Shown: in pieces, positions 51,445 through 61,300 of the stretch
Numbering within the stretch: the stretch's first letter is position 1
Layout: every line of letters starts with the position of its first letter
Source of the DNA: a virus
Length of the DNA: 64,000 nucleotides
IMG/VR virus record: IMGVR_UViG_3300031656_000001
Reading direction: 5' to 3' (one strand)
The notes under the pieces: model-generated
Seen by the model: only the letters and a program-made list of their open reading frames with translations
What the model was told of the DNA's origin: nothing
Databases searched by the model: none
Program-made: the position numbers and the translations under genes

Positions 51445-51475
51445 CTAATATACCACTAATATTTGACATAAAAAA
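51445..51475 (-). promoter_or_regulatory. Class I promoter repeat
   Basis: ctaatataccactaatatttgacataaaaaa. Confidence 0.6.
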
Positions 51476-51480
51476 GCTTT

Positions 51481-52221
51481 TTAGCTATTATTTTCAATTA
51501 TATTCATATTAGATATTTTTAGCATAATGTTTGCGGTAGCTTGAATATCTTTTTCGCAGTATGTTTTAATCTCTTCAAGTCTGTCATTCCAATAATATTC
51601 ATTTACTTCTGGACCTGACATTGCATCCTTAGGTGAAGGAATCCCTAATAGTTCTGATATCAATCCTAATTTAGCAGAATTCCAACCACCAAACTTCCAA
51701 ACGTCTTGTGTATCTAATAGACAATTCTCCCATGGTTTTTGTTTATGTAAATGAAATGCAGTCGGAACTGTGTTGCCGTTTATTAGTGATCTTTTGATAA
51801 TATATGGCAAATCAAAACCTTTTATGTTATGACCAACCCATTTCATTCTAGGATACTTCTGCATGATCTTGGTCGCTGTCTGAGAAAAATCCTTAAGTAG
51901 TTTACTCTCATCTGTCCCGTGGTAAGACGCAGCTTTAAATGCAACTGGAAATCCTGTTTCATCAAACTTTAATTGTCCCATAGAAATACAAACAATTCTA
52001 CCCCATTCTGGATATAGTCCTGCCATACGTGACCACATTTTATGCGGATCATCGAAACCTTTAAGTGTTTCCGGCTGTGCTTCCATTAATTGACTAGTCT
52101 TTAAATTCCAATACTCTTCGAGCGCTGGGTTTTCATCAATCACTTCTTGAAATGTTTCTTTCTGTGTGCTTGTTTCGATGTCTACGAAGATCATCTGTTG
52201 TAATTCGCTTAATGTATACAT
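51481..52221 (-). CDS. 3'-5' exonuclease (DEDD, PolB-exo-like)
   Basis: FVDIET, VGHNIKGFDLPY and YCEKD ExoI/II/III motifs. Confidence 0.88.
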   Translation of the reverse strand: MYTLSELQQMIFVDIETSTQKETFQEVIDENPALEEYWNLKTSQLMEAQPETLKGFDDPHKMWSRMAGLYPEWGRIVCISMGQLKFDETGFPVAFKAASYHGTDESKLLKDFSQTATKIMQKYPRMKWVGHNIKGFDLPYIIKRSLINGNTVPTAFHLHKQKPWENCLLDTQDVWKFGGWNSAKLGLISELLGIPSPKDAMSGPEVNEYYWNDRLEEIKTYCEKDIQATANIMLKISNMNIIENNS

Positions 52222-52247
52222 ATATTATCCTTTAATCCTTTAAACCT

Positions 52248-52277
52248 AAAAAACGTCTAATGGTTAGATTAGACGTT
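52248..52277 (-). terminator. Intrinsic terminator adjoining a class II promoter (52279-52305)
   Basis: AACGTCTAA..TTAGACGTT stem with T-tract. Confidence 0.6.
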
Positions 52278-52428
52278 CTTTATATGTGATTTTTTAAAAT
52301 TGTTTATTTCTTTCTAGTAATAAACGCTTTAATAAATTGACCGACTATACCTAAAAAGGTGTCTGATCTGTACTTAGTTCCTTTATGATTTAAAAGAAAT
52401 GCTTTTAATGTTTGTTGTTTTTTCATAA

Positions 52429-52671
52429 TTATTGATTTATCCAACCTGGAGCTTCGTCCCAATTTCGATTAGAAGATAAATGAGAATAAGAGTCATATGT
52501 CAATGAAATCATTACGTATCCACCAGTAATTGAAGTGGGTACTGATGCTTCGTTAAGCCAGTAATATGGTGCAGCGTTGATCCTCATATTTAAGAAGTCG
52601 AATAACTCATCAACTTGCATATGGTGAACCCACACATTTATAATCATACAATTCATATTAGCTTCTGCCAT
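52429..52671 (-). CDS. Hypothetical protein
   Basis: 80 aa ORF with A-rich leader. Confidence 0.5.
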   Translation of the reverse strand: MAEANMNCMIINVWVHHMQVDELFDFLNMRINAAPYYWLNEASVPTSITGGYVMISLTYDSYSHLSSNRNWDEAPGWINQ

Positions 52672-52728
52672 AATTTTTATTATTAAGTTCTATTTATCTT
52701 TAATTAAAATGGAATTTATCCAAGTTTA

Positions 52729-53682
52729 TTATTTTTCTACACTAAATCTATCGCCACCGTCTAATTTAATTGATTTCTCAAGCATAAAATCAGCAAGCTC
52801 TTTCAATTTAGCATCTGTTTTTGCATCCACCACTCTTCCATAAAAATCTTCAAACAATGTTCTATAGATATCTACAGTAGAATCAAATGGTACACCTGGC
52901 ATCGAGTTCGACTCAATGATATACAGCTTTCCTTTTTGATCTTCCATAACATCGAAACATATATAAGGTAAATCCGAAAACATTTTTCCGAATTTAGCCA
53001 TTAATTTGTTAAATTTATCTGGAGTTTTTGATACATCTTTTTTAATGTAATTAAACATCATCTTCTCTTTGTCGTCACCATCGCCAGTTTTAGCTTTGTC
53101 ATTTGTAGGCTGTCTCTCTTGCCAAAAGAAAGGCTTTCCTTTAAATGTAAAAAACCTATGTTCACTCTTCTTATCAATGTACTGCGAATATACATCTAAT
53201 TTAGAATGATCTGCCGCGTCAAAGTCTTCTTGATTTTTAATTACTGTAATACCCAAACCAGAATGTCCTTCAGATGGTTTAGCAATCATTGGAAATCCAA
53301 TTTCTTTAACTGCATCTTCTGATTTATGAATAGTCTTTGGGATGTTTTCATCACCATCAACTATTTTGTGAAATTCTGCTTTAGATCCCGAACTCTTAAT
53401 GAATTCTGGTCTATTATATACATTTTCTGCTTTGATTAACTTCTTGTCTAATAATGTTTGTACAACATCACTATTATATGTTAAGACTGGAAAGTTCTTG
53501 TCAATATCAATATCCTTATAATTTTCAGGTGTAAGTCTAATGAAAAACTTATCAGCAGCGAAATCCTTATAAGACCAAAATCTATGGCCTAAATCTGGAT
53601 TATACGCTAAGTATATTTTATTTAAATCTTGGGGTTCTTCCGCTTCATTTAGAAAATCTTCAAAGAATTTAATTCGTTTCAT
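52729..53682 (-). CDS. ATP-grasp ligase (RimK-like) with shared leader
   Basis: FPMIAKPSEGHSGLGI, SQYI...EHR, FDV and IIESNSMPG motifs; leader MKRIKFFEDFLNE. Confidence 0.8.
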   Translation of the reverse strand: MKRIKFFEDFLNEAEEPQDLNKIYLAYNPDLGHRFWSYKDFAADKFFIRLTPENYKDIDIDKNFPVLTYNSDVVQTLLDKKLIKAENVYNRPEFIKSSGSKAEFHKIVDGDENIPKTIHKSEDAVKEIGFPMIAKPSEGHSGLGITVIKNQEDFDAADHSKLDVYSQYIDKKSEHRFFTFKGKPFFWQERQPTNDKAKTGDGDDKEKMMFNYIKKDVSKTPDKFNKLMAKFGKMFSDLPYICFDVMEDQKGKLYIIESNSMPGVPFDSTVDIYRTLFEDFYGRVVDAKTDAKLKELADFMLEKSIKLDGGDRFSVEK

Positions 53683-53747
53683 TACAGTCGTGTATATTTA
53701 ATATAAGTTATATGCAGTAATTGCATATAGTTTATTTATATATCGAT

Positions 53748-54146
53748 TTAATCTTGAAACACTTCTATCGTAACCTTCTTTTCTACCAGATCTGACCAAA
53801 CTCCATTATATCTAGTACCTCTCACGATATGATTATCAATCCAATGATAATTTCCACCACGAGGTTTACCCATTAATAAACCATGGTATTTAAATCCATG
53901 TTTGTTTAACCACGTTTCTGTAATATCTCTAGTGTCCTCGGTTCTTGATGTAAAAAAAGTTATTATATGTCCTTCGTCAAACCATTTATTTAAAGTTTCT
54001 AATGAACCTTCATACGGCAATACATTTACCATTCTTTCTGGTTCTTCGTTAGGTACATCATCAGTAACTGTACCGTCAATATCTATTAGGTAATTCTTTT
54101 TATCTCCTTTTAAAACTGGAGAAACAGTATGTTTGTTATCTTTCAT
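53748..54146 (-). CDS. Small HAD-family phosphatase (capsule-biosynthesis-phosphatase-like)
   Basis: IDIDGT, FFTSR, TETWL, LLMGKPRG and WIDN motifs. Confidence 0.8.
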   Translation of the reverse strand: MKDNKHTVSPVLKGDKKNYLIDIDGTVTDDVPNEEPERMVNVLPYEGSLETLNKWFDEGHIITFFTSRTEDTRDITETWLNKHGFKYHGLLMGKPRGGNYHWIDNHIVRGTRYNGVWSDLVEKKVTIEVFQD

Positions 54147-54152
54147 ATATTG

Positions 54153-54683
54153 TTAAACTTTACGTTTAAGTATTAATGTTAGCATCTTAGGATCTGTGTG
54201 ATTCTTAAGAATTTCCCAATCAGCTTCTAATTTCTTTAACCACCAATCTGCTGGATGAACTGACAAATGCAAGTTAGTTCCATCAGGAAAACTACCATGT
54301 GCAGGAACAAGACATATTGTTATGTATGCAAAGTTTCTAGTTTTACTAGCGATATGTGCAAGTGTGATATCTATCTTTGATGGTTCGACATGTTCTAACA
54401 CATCAAAACATAATGTGAAATCACTTACTGGAGGATCTCCTGCCTTTTCTTCTCTTGCGGGCTCGTATTCATGAATAGTATATGGTAATTCCATATTATA
54501 TGCATTCATTTGATTAAGATAATCACTTTTACCAGAACCATAATCTAATATAGATTTAGATCCTGTTAATTGCATTATCATGTGTATTTCTGGTACTTTA
54601 CCAACTACTGCTCCACCCCAAGGTCTCGTCTTAGTATATGCTGTAATTTGTGCTTTGTATTCTGGGCTAATTATGTTCTCCAT
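54153..54683 (-). CDS. Class I SAM-dependent methyltransferase
   Basis: ILDYGSGK, FDVLEHVEP and NLHLSV...WW motifs. Confidence 0.82.
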   Translation of the reverse strand: MENIISPEYKAQITAYTKTRPWGGAVVGKVPEIHMIMQLTGSKSILDYGSGKSDYLNQMNAYNMELPYTIHEYEPAREEKAGDPPVSDFTLCFDVLEHVEPSKIDITLAHIASKTRNFAYITICLVPAHGSFPDGTNLHLSVHPADWWLKKLEADWEILKNHTDPKMLTLILKRKV

Positions 54684-55588
54684 TACTTGTTTTTGTTTTT
54701 CTTAGGTGCATCTAAAAACCACCCTTTGTAATATTCTCGTTTATTAAAAATGTATTCCATATATGCATCAACCTTTGCTTTCCAGTCTTTGTCAATATCA
54801 GGATTAACTATACCTGATTTTGGACTAGAGAAAGTTCTATTGATCCATTCTTTACCATTTTCTTTATTATCAAATAACGGTGAGTTAACACTATAGAATG
54901 ATCCTTGATGTACGTTATTCCATACATCAATTGGTTCTACTTGTTTGCCTAATACAATTGCGTATAATGCAGATTCACTGATATGCGTTGTGTAAACTGT
55001 GTCAGCTTTCTGCATGAAGTGATACATGTCAATATCTCTTGGTAGAATAGACTCTTCTCCAAATAAATCTTTGATTTCTCCGATTACTGCATGTGTTGTG
55101 ATAGGATGTGGTTTAAACCATACATCACCTTTGTGCTTTTTAGCAATAGAGATTAATTTGTTTAAACAGCAATTGGCCTTGATCTTATTAGATCCAGGAA
55201 GAACGACTAAAACAGATTTGTGTTCATATCTGTCAAAATCTTCTTTACGCTTCTGATATTTGTTAGCTTGTTTGTTTTCGATGTTAGCTTTGAAGTAAGA
55301 AGACCAATCTGATACATCTTCTACATTATCGTGATAAGCATCTGAAATTTGCTCAACTCTCATCTTAAGATTTAAGGGTTGCATCATGAAATTAGTTGCA
55401 TATTCAGTATATCCCATTGTTTTGAAGTATGGCATTTCTTCTGCTATGACATCGTAACTGTGTTCTAAACCTAATTCTTTACACTTTCTAATTACATATC
55501 TTTCAACTTGTTCAAGGTTAGATATCTTCTCATTCTTTTTCAAAGGTCCTATCCTTTCGGCTAGAACCTTTTTGTTAAACATTTCCAT
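54683..55588 (-). CDS. Putative glycosyltransferase (KpsC/KpsS-like GT-B fold)
   Basis: WFKPHP and MQKADTVYTTHISESALYAIVLGKQV resemble the KxHP and ad.v.t..S..g.eA...gk.v motifs of CMP-sugar/capsule transferases. Confidence 0.6.
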   Translation of the reverse strand: MEMFNKKVLAERIGPLKKNEKISNLEQVERYVIRKCKELGLEHSYDVIAEEMPYFKTMGYTEYATNFMMQPLNLKMRVEQISDAYHDNVEDVSDWSSYFKANIENKQANKYQKRKEDFDRYEHKSVLVVLPGSNKIKANCCLNKLISIAKKHKGDVWFKPHPITTHAVIGEIKDLFGEESILPRDIDMYHFMQKADTVYTTHISESALYAIVLGKQVEPIDVWNNVHQGSFYSVNSPLFDNKENGKEWINRTFSSPKSGIVNPDIDKDWKAKVDAYMEYIFNKREYYKGWFLDAPKKNKNK

Positions 55589-55607
55589 ATAGTAAAATAA
55601 TTTAATA

Positions 55608-55634
55608 GTTATACAAACAAAACACTATTTGTTT
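55608..55634 (-). promoter_or_regulatory. Class II promoter-like motif AAAC-N17-TATAAC
   Basis: Upstream of the GT/MTase/HAD trio; same 17-nt spacing as the other copies. Confidence 0.6.
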
Positions 55635-55645
55635 AATTATTTATC

Positions 55646-58375
55646 TTAATTATTTCTATGTCCTCTACCTCTGTATCTGTTTTGTCTCCATTGACGATTA
55701 GTACTATACTTATTCAACGGCTCATTGGTATTATACCATGTTTTCTTAACTTCAACGTCAGTACTCCATGATGTTGTCCATGATGTGCTTGTCGTCCATG
55801 TTGTATTTCTTGAATGGAATGTACCAACTGATGTTGCCCACGTTGTAGTAGTAGATCTAGTTGTTGACCATGTCGTTGTAGTAGATCTAGTCGTATTCAC
55901 TGATGTATTATATGTCGTAGTAGTCGATTTACTAGTATTCCACGAGGTTGTCGTAGATTTGCTAGTATTATAAGTGGTCGTGGTAGATTTCGTGGTAGAA
56001 TTACTTGTTGCCCACGTTGTTGCCCATGACGTATTATACGTAGTCGTAGTCGATTGACTGGTATTGAATGTTGTTGTCCATTTCGTTGTCCAAGTTGTCG
56101 TTGTAGATTTACTAGTTGATTGACTCGTTGTCCATGATGTAGTATGTGGATAGTTAGTATTCCATGATGTGGTCCACAATGTGCTCCATGTTGTTGTAGT
56201 TCCATGTGTAGTCGATTGACTAGTTGATTTACTAGTTGACCAAGTTGTCGTTGTAGAACGAGTTGTACTGTGGTTAGTAGATTGACTAGTTGACCACGTC
56301 GTTGTCCATAATGTCGTCGTAGCACGTGACGTAGAAACAGTCGTTGCTAGTGTAGTTCCCCATGTCGTTGTAGTTGAATGACTAGTCGATTTATTAGTTG
56401 AATGACTAGTTGACCATGTAGTTACCCATGATGTCGTTGTAGATTTCGAAGTCGATTTACTAGTTCCTTGGCTTGTATTAAAAGTCGTTGCAGTTGAATG
56501 ACTTGTTCCTCTACTCGTTTCAAGACTCGTTGACCACGTCGTATTATAAGTTGTCGTTGTTGAATGACTTGTCGATCTACTAGTATTAAATCTAGTGGTA
56601 GTTGAATGGCTTGTTCCTCTGCTCGTTCCAATACTTGTTGACCAAGTCGTTGTATATACGGTTGTTGTTGCATGATTGGTTGATCTACTAGTATTCCATG
56701 AAGTTGTCCAATTAGATACCCATGTAGTAATTGTTGCTTTACTAGTTGCATACGTTGTATTATACACAGTAGATGTCCCGTGACTGGTTGTTTGACTAGT
56801 ATTCCATGTAGTTGTCCACTTAGTTGTCCAGATTGTATTTGTTGCTTTACTAGTTGCCCATGTTGTATTATAAACAGTAGACGTCGCATGACTTGTTGTT
56901 TGACTAGTATTCCATGAAGTTGTCCAATTTGATACCCATGTAGTAATTGTTGCTTTACTAGTTGCATACGTTGTATTATACACAGTAGATGTCCCATGAC
57001 TGGTTGTTTGACTAGTATTCCATGTAGTTGTCCACTTAGTTGTCCAGATTGTATTTGTTGCTTTACTAGTTGCATACGTTGTATTATATACAGTAGTAGT
57101 CGCATGACTTGTTGTTTGACTAGTATTCCATGAAGTTGTCCAATTTGAAGTCCACGAAGTCAGTGTTGATCTACTAGTTGCCCATGTTGTATTATAAACA
57201 GTAGACGTCGCACGGCTTGTTGATTTACTAGTATTCCAAGATGATTTAAAGAAAGTAGTCCAAGCTGTAGTAGTTGATTTATTAGTTGCCCATGTCGTAT
57301 TATAAACAGTACTCGTTACATGATTAGTTGATCTACTAGTATTCCATGTTGAAGTCCAATTCGTAGTCCATGAAGTTAATGTCGATTTGCTAGTGGCATA
57401 TGATGTATTGAACGTTGTAGTTGTTGAATGACTTGTCGATTTGCTAGTATTCCAAGATGTTGTGAAATGTGAAGTCCAAGAAGTTAACGTCAATTTACTA
57501 GTTGCCCATGTTGTATTATAAACAGTAGTTGTTTCATGACTAGTTGTTTGACTAGTATTCCATGAAGTTGTCCATAGAGTTGTCCATGAAGTTAACGTCG
57601 ATTTGCTAGTGGCGTATGACGTATTGAACGTTGTAGTTGTTGAATGACTTGTTGATTTACTGGTATTCCAGGTTGAAGTCCATGAAGTTGTCCATGAAGT
57701 TAACGTCGATTTGCTAGTGGCGTATGATGTATTGAACGTTGTAGTTGTTACTCTACTAGTTGATCTACTTGTATTCCATACAGATGTCGTACTCTTATTA
57801 GTTGATCTACTTGTAGTTCTGCTCGTTCCAAATGTAGTCGTCCAAGATGTTAACGTCGATTTGCTAGTATTAAAATATGTAGTCCATGTGGTTGTTGTTG
57901 CATGACTAGTTCCTCTACTGGTCTGCCATACAGACGTTGTAGCTTTGCTCGTTCCTCTGCTCGTTCCTCTACTTGTTGCAAATGTCGTTGTCCATGATGT
58001 AGTTGTTGCTTTACTGGTATTAAAATACGTAGTAAATGATGTAGTTGTTGCTTTACTGGTAGATCTACTGGTATTGATATATGAATTCCATTGTGTTGAC
58101 CATGATGTAGTTGTTGCTTTATTAGTAGCTCTACTTGTAGCGAATGTCGTTGTAGTGGACTTACTAGTTGTTCTGCTTGTATTTAACACTATACTTGAGC
58201 TCCAACCAGTACTCTTGGTTTCTGTCCATCCAGTATTAAATGAAGTAGTAGTAAGTTTACTGGTAGATTTACTTGTACTCCAAGTTGTATTTCTATAAGC
58301 AGCAGTATTCCAAATCGTCCCCCTAGTTCCGCTTGTCAATCTGCTTGTTCCCCATGATGTTGTAATAAGTGCCAT
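55646..58375 (-). CDS. Thr/Ser/Trp-rich 36-aa-repeat protein B (putative fibre)
   Basis: 909 aa, almost entirely T/S/W/N/Y/K/H/R repeats with almost no acidic residues; basic C-terminus. Confidence 0.75.
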   Translation of the reverse strand: MALITTSWGTSRLTSGTRGTIWNTAAYRNTTWSTSKSTSKLTTTSFNTGWTETKSTGWSSSIVLNTSRTTSKSTTTTFATSRATNKATTTSWSTQWNSYINTSRSTSKATTTSFTTYFNTSKATTTSWTTTFATSRGTSRGTSKATTSVWQTSRGTSHATTTTWTTYFNTSKSTLTSWTTTFGTSRTTSRSTNKSTTSVWNTSRSTSRVTTTTFNTSYATSKSTLTSWTTSWTSTWNTSKSTSHSTTTTFNTSYATSKSTLTSWTTLWTTSWNTSQTTSHETTTVYNTTWATSKLTLTSWTSHFTTSWNTSKSTSHSTTTTFNTSYATSKSTLTSWTTNWTSTWNTSRSTNHVTSTVYNTTWATNKSTTTAWTTFFKSSWNTSKSTSRATSTVYNTTWATSRSTLTSWTSNWTTSWNTSQTTSHATTTVYNTTYATSKATNTIWTTKWTTTWNTSQTTSHGTSTVYNTTYATSKATITTWVSNWTTSWNTSQTTSHATSTVYNTTWATSKATNTIWTTKWTTTWNTSQTTSHGTSTVYNTTYATSKATITTWVSNWTTSWNTSRSTNHATTTVYTTTWSTSIGTSRGTSHSTTTRFNTSRSTSHSTTTTYNTTWSTSLETSRGTSHSTATTFNTSQGTSKSTSKSTTTSWVTTWSTSHSTNKSTSHSTTTTWGTTLATTVSTSRATTTLWTTTWSTSQSTNHSTTRSTTTTWSTSKSTSQSTTHGTTTTWSTLWTTSWNTNYPHTTSWTTSQSTSKSTTTTWTTKWTTTFNTSQSTTTTYNTSWATTWATSNSTTKSTTTTYNTSKSTTTSWNTSKSTTTTYNTSVNTTRSTTTTWSTTRSTTTTWATSVGTFHSRNTTWTTSTSWTTSWSTDVEVKKTWYNTNEPLNKYSTNRQWRQNRYRGRGHRNN
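56691..57072. repeat. Near-exact 216-nt-period duplication within repeat protein B
   Basis: About 56691-56856 recurs at about 56907-57072 (72-aa period). Confidence 0.8.
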
Positions 58376-58398
58376 ATACCTTAATTATCTTATTTATT

Positions 58399-61300
58399 TT
58401 ATTTCATTCCTCCAACGTTAAAACACATGTCACATCCTCTTTCATCGCCTGTATATTTCATACAACGTGACATGTATGCGTTGTAGCGTTCTCTGAAGTT
58501 TACAGTTGGACATAATCCAGCCTCACCTTTTCTATTATGTGTTAATATTCCGTTAGCAAAAAATACGTCATTTGGTTCAATGTCTAATTTATATACAGTA
58601 TATGTATTAGTTCCATCATATACTGCTGATGTTATTAAAATTTCACCATTTGTAATATGATACAATATATCACCAACTACTATGTCTCCACCTCGACTTA
58701 TAATCCAAAATCCACCTCTTTTTATTATATGTAAATGTCCAGCAGTAGTCTTCAATAAGCCATTATTTATATCTACAACACCTATGACTTCACTTTTTCT
58801 TGCACCTGATAAATAATCATCTGTTGATAATGCACCTGTTATTGCTGTTGTAGAAATAGAAAATAATGATGTTTCATTTTCAATATTGAATGGTCCGTCT
58901 TTTGTTAACACTGTATCATTTATAAGTAATGTCTCAACTGGTACTGTTGTATTTGTAGAAATATGTATTTCTGTACCTTCAATTATACAGTCATCGGTTG
59001 TTTGACTAGTGTTCCAATATGAATTGTAACTATATGCAGTTGATCTTAATGTGCCTATTACTCCAGTATATGTTGATCTAGAAGTATTCCAAGTTGTAGT
59101 CCATGATGTAGTGGTGGATTTGCTTGTTCCTCTAGAATATGAGTAAGTTGTGTTTCGTGATTTCATCATAGGATATACTGTTCCCCATGTTGTTGTCCAT
59201 GATGTTGTCGTAGCACGTGTTGTATTCCACGATGTATTGAATGTTGTTGTAGTTGATCTACTTGTTGTTCTTTTAGGTGAGCCGCCAAGCGTTGACCATG
59301 TTGTATTATATACAGTTGTTGTTGAACGACTAGTTCCTCTACTCGTTTGCCATATAGTTGTTGTGTTTCTATTAGTTCCGCGTGTTGTGTTCCATGAAGT
59401 GTTCCAAGATGTAGTCCATGATGTTGTCGTGGATTTACTAGTATTGAAATATGTAGTATATGACGTAGTTGTAGATTTATTTGTAGATCTACTCGTTTGC
59501 CATACAGTTGTTGTATTTCTATTAGTTCCGCGCGTTGTGTTCCATGAAGTGTTCCAAGATGTAGTCCAAGTTGTCGTTGTAGATTTACTAGTACTAAATG
59601 TTGTGTTAAATGTAGTTGTTGTAGATTTACTAGTCGAATGACTTGTATTCCAAGCTGTAGTTGTATTTCTATTAGTTCCTCTACTTGTTCCTATGCTCGT
59701 TTTCCATGTGGTTGCATATGTAGTTGTAGTAGATTTACTAGTCGAATGACTTGTATTCCAAGTTGTAGTTGTATTTCTATTAGTTCCTCTGCTTGTTCCT
59801 CTACTCGTTGACCAAGTTGTTGCGTATGTTGTAGTTGTACCATGACTGGTCGATCTGCTTGTATTCCAAGTTGTAGTTGTGTTCTTACTAGTTCCTATGA
59901 ATGTTCCTCTACTCGTTGACCAAGTTGTCGTATAAGTTGTAGTAGTTGACTTACTAGTCGAATGTCTAGTATTCCAAGTTGTCGTCGTATTCTTGCTAGT
60001 TCCTCTAGACGTTCCTATACTTGTTGCCCAAGTGGTAGTATACGTAGTAGTTGTGGAATGGTTGGTTGATATGCTAGTATTCCAAGTGGTAGTAGTCGAT
60101 TTACTAGTCGATTTACTAGTTCCTGTACTTGTTGACCAAGTTGTATTATATGTAGTAGTTGTTGAATGGTTAGTTGAATAACTGGTATTCCATACAGTTG
60201 TAGTATTTCTACTTGTTGGTATACTTGTTGCTCTACTCGTTGACCATGTTGTATTATACGTAGTAGTTGTGGAATGACTAGTCGAATGACTAGTATTCCA
60301 TGATGTAGTCGTATTCTTATTTGTTGATCTATTTGTTCCTCTACTCGTTGACCATGTCGTCGTATATGTAGTAGTAGTTGAATGGTTGGTCGAATGACTA
60401 GTATTCCATGACGTAGTCGTATTCTTATTTGTTGAAATACTTGTTGCTCTACTCGTTGACCACGTAGTCGTATACGTAGTAGTTGTGGAATGACTAGTAG
60501 ACTTACTTGTATTCCATGTCGTAGTCGTATTCTTATTTGTTGATCTATTTGTTCCGATACTCGTTGACCATGTCGTCGTATATGTAGTAGTAGTTGAATG
60601 GTTGGTCGAATGACTAGTATTAAATGTCGTAGTAGTCGATTTATTTGTTGAAATACTTGTTGCTTTACTCGTTGACCATGTTGTATTATACGTAGTAGTA
60701 GTTGAATGGCTAGTAGACTTACTTGTATTCCAAACAGAAGTCCAATTTGTCGTATATGCAGTTGTAGTACTTAATGCAGTTTGCCATGTCGTCGTATAAA
60801 CAGTAGTAGTCGCATGATTTGTTGATCTACTAGTATTCCAGGCTGTTTTCCAAAATGTAGTATATGCTGTTGATGTTGCTCTACTCGTTGACCACACAGT
60901 AGTCCAAGCTGTAGTCCATGTAGTTGTTGTGGATTTAGATGTTCCTAAACTTGTGCTATAAGAAGTAGTCCAATTTGTTGTATATGCCGTCGTCGTTGAT
61001 TGACTAGTATTCCAAGCCGTAGTCCATGTCGTATTAAATACAGTTGTTGTGGATTTAGACGTTTTTAAACTTGTATTCCAAGCAGTATTGTATGTTGTTG
61101 TAAATGTGGTTGTGGTCGATTGACTTGTATTCCAAGCAGTACTCCACGAAGTATTATATGCTGTAGTTGTTGATTTGCTAGTCGATTGACTAGTTCCTAA
61201 TGAAGTTGATACAGGTATTAAAGTACCTTGAGATGTAGTCCACGAAGTTGTCCATGTCGTTGAAGTTGGCTTATTGGTTGATCTTGATGTTACGATACTT

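Noticed and set aside
58534-58989. Canonical mobile intein
   Set aside because: The +1 residue is Arg, there is no homing endonuclease, and the host protein is not a conserved enzyme; better read as a BIL-type Hint domain.
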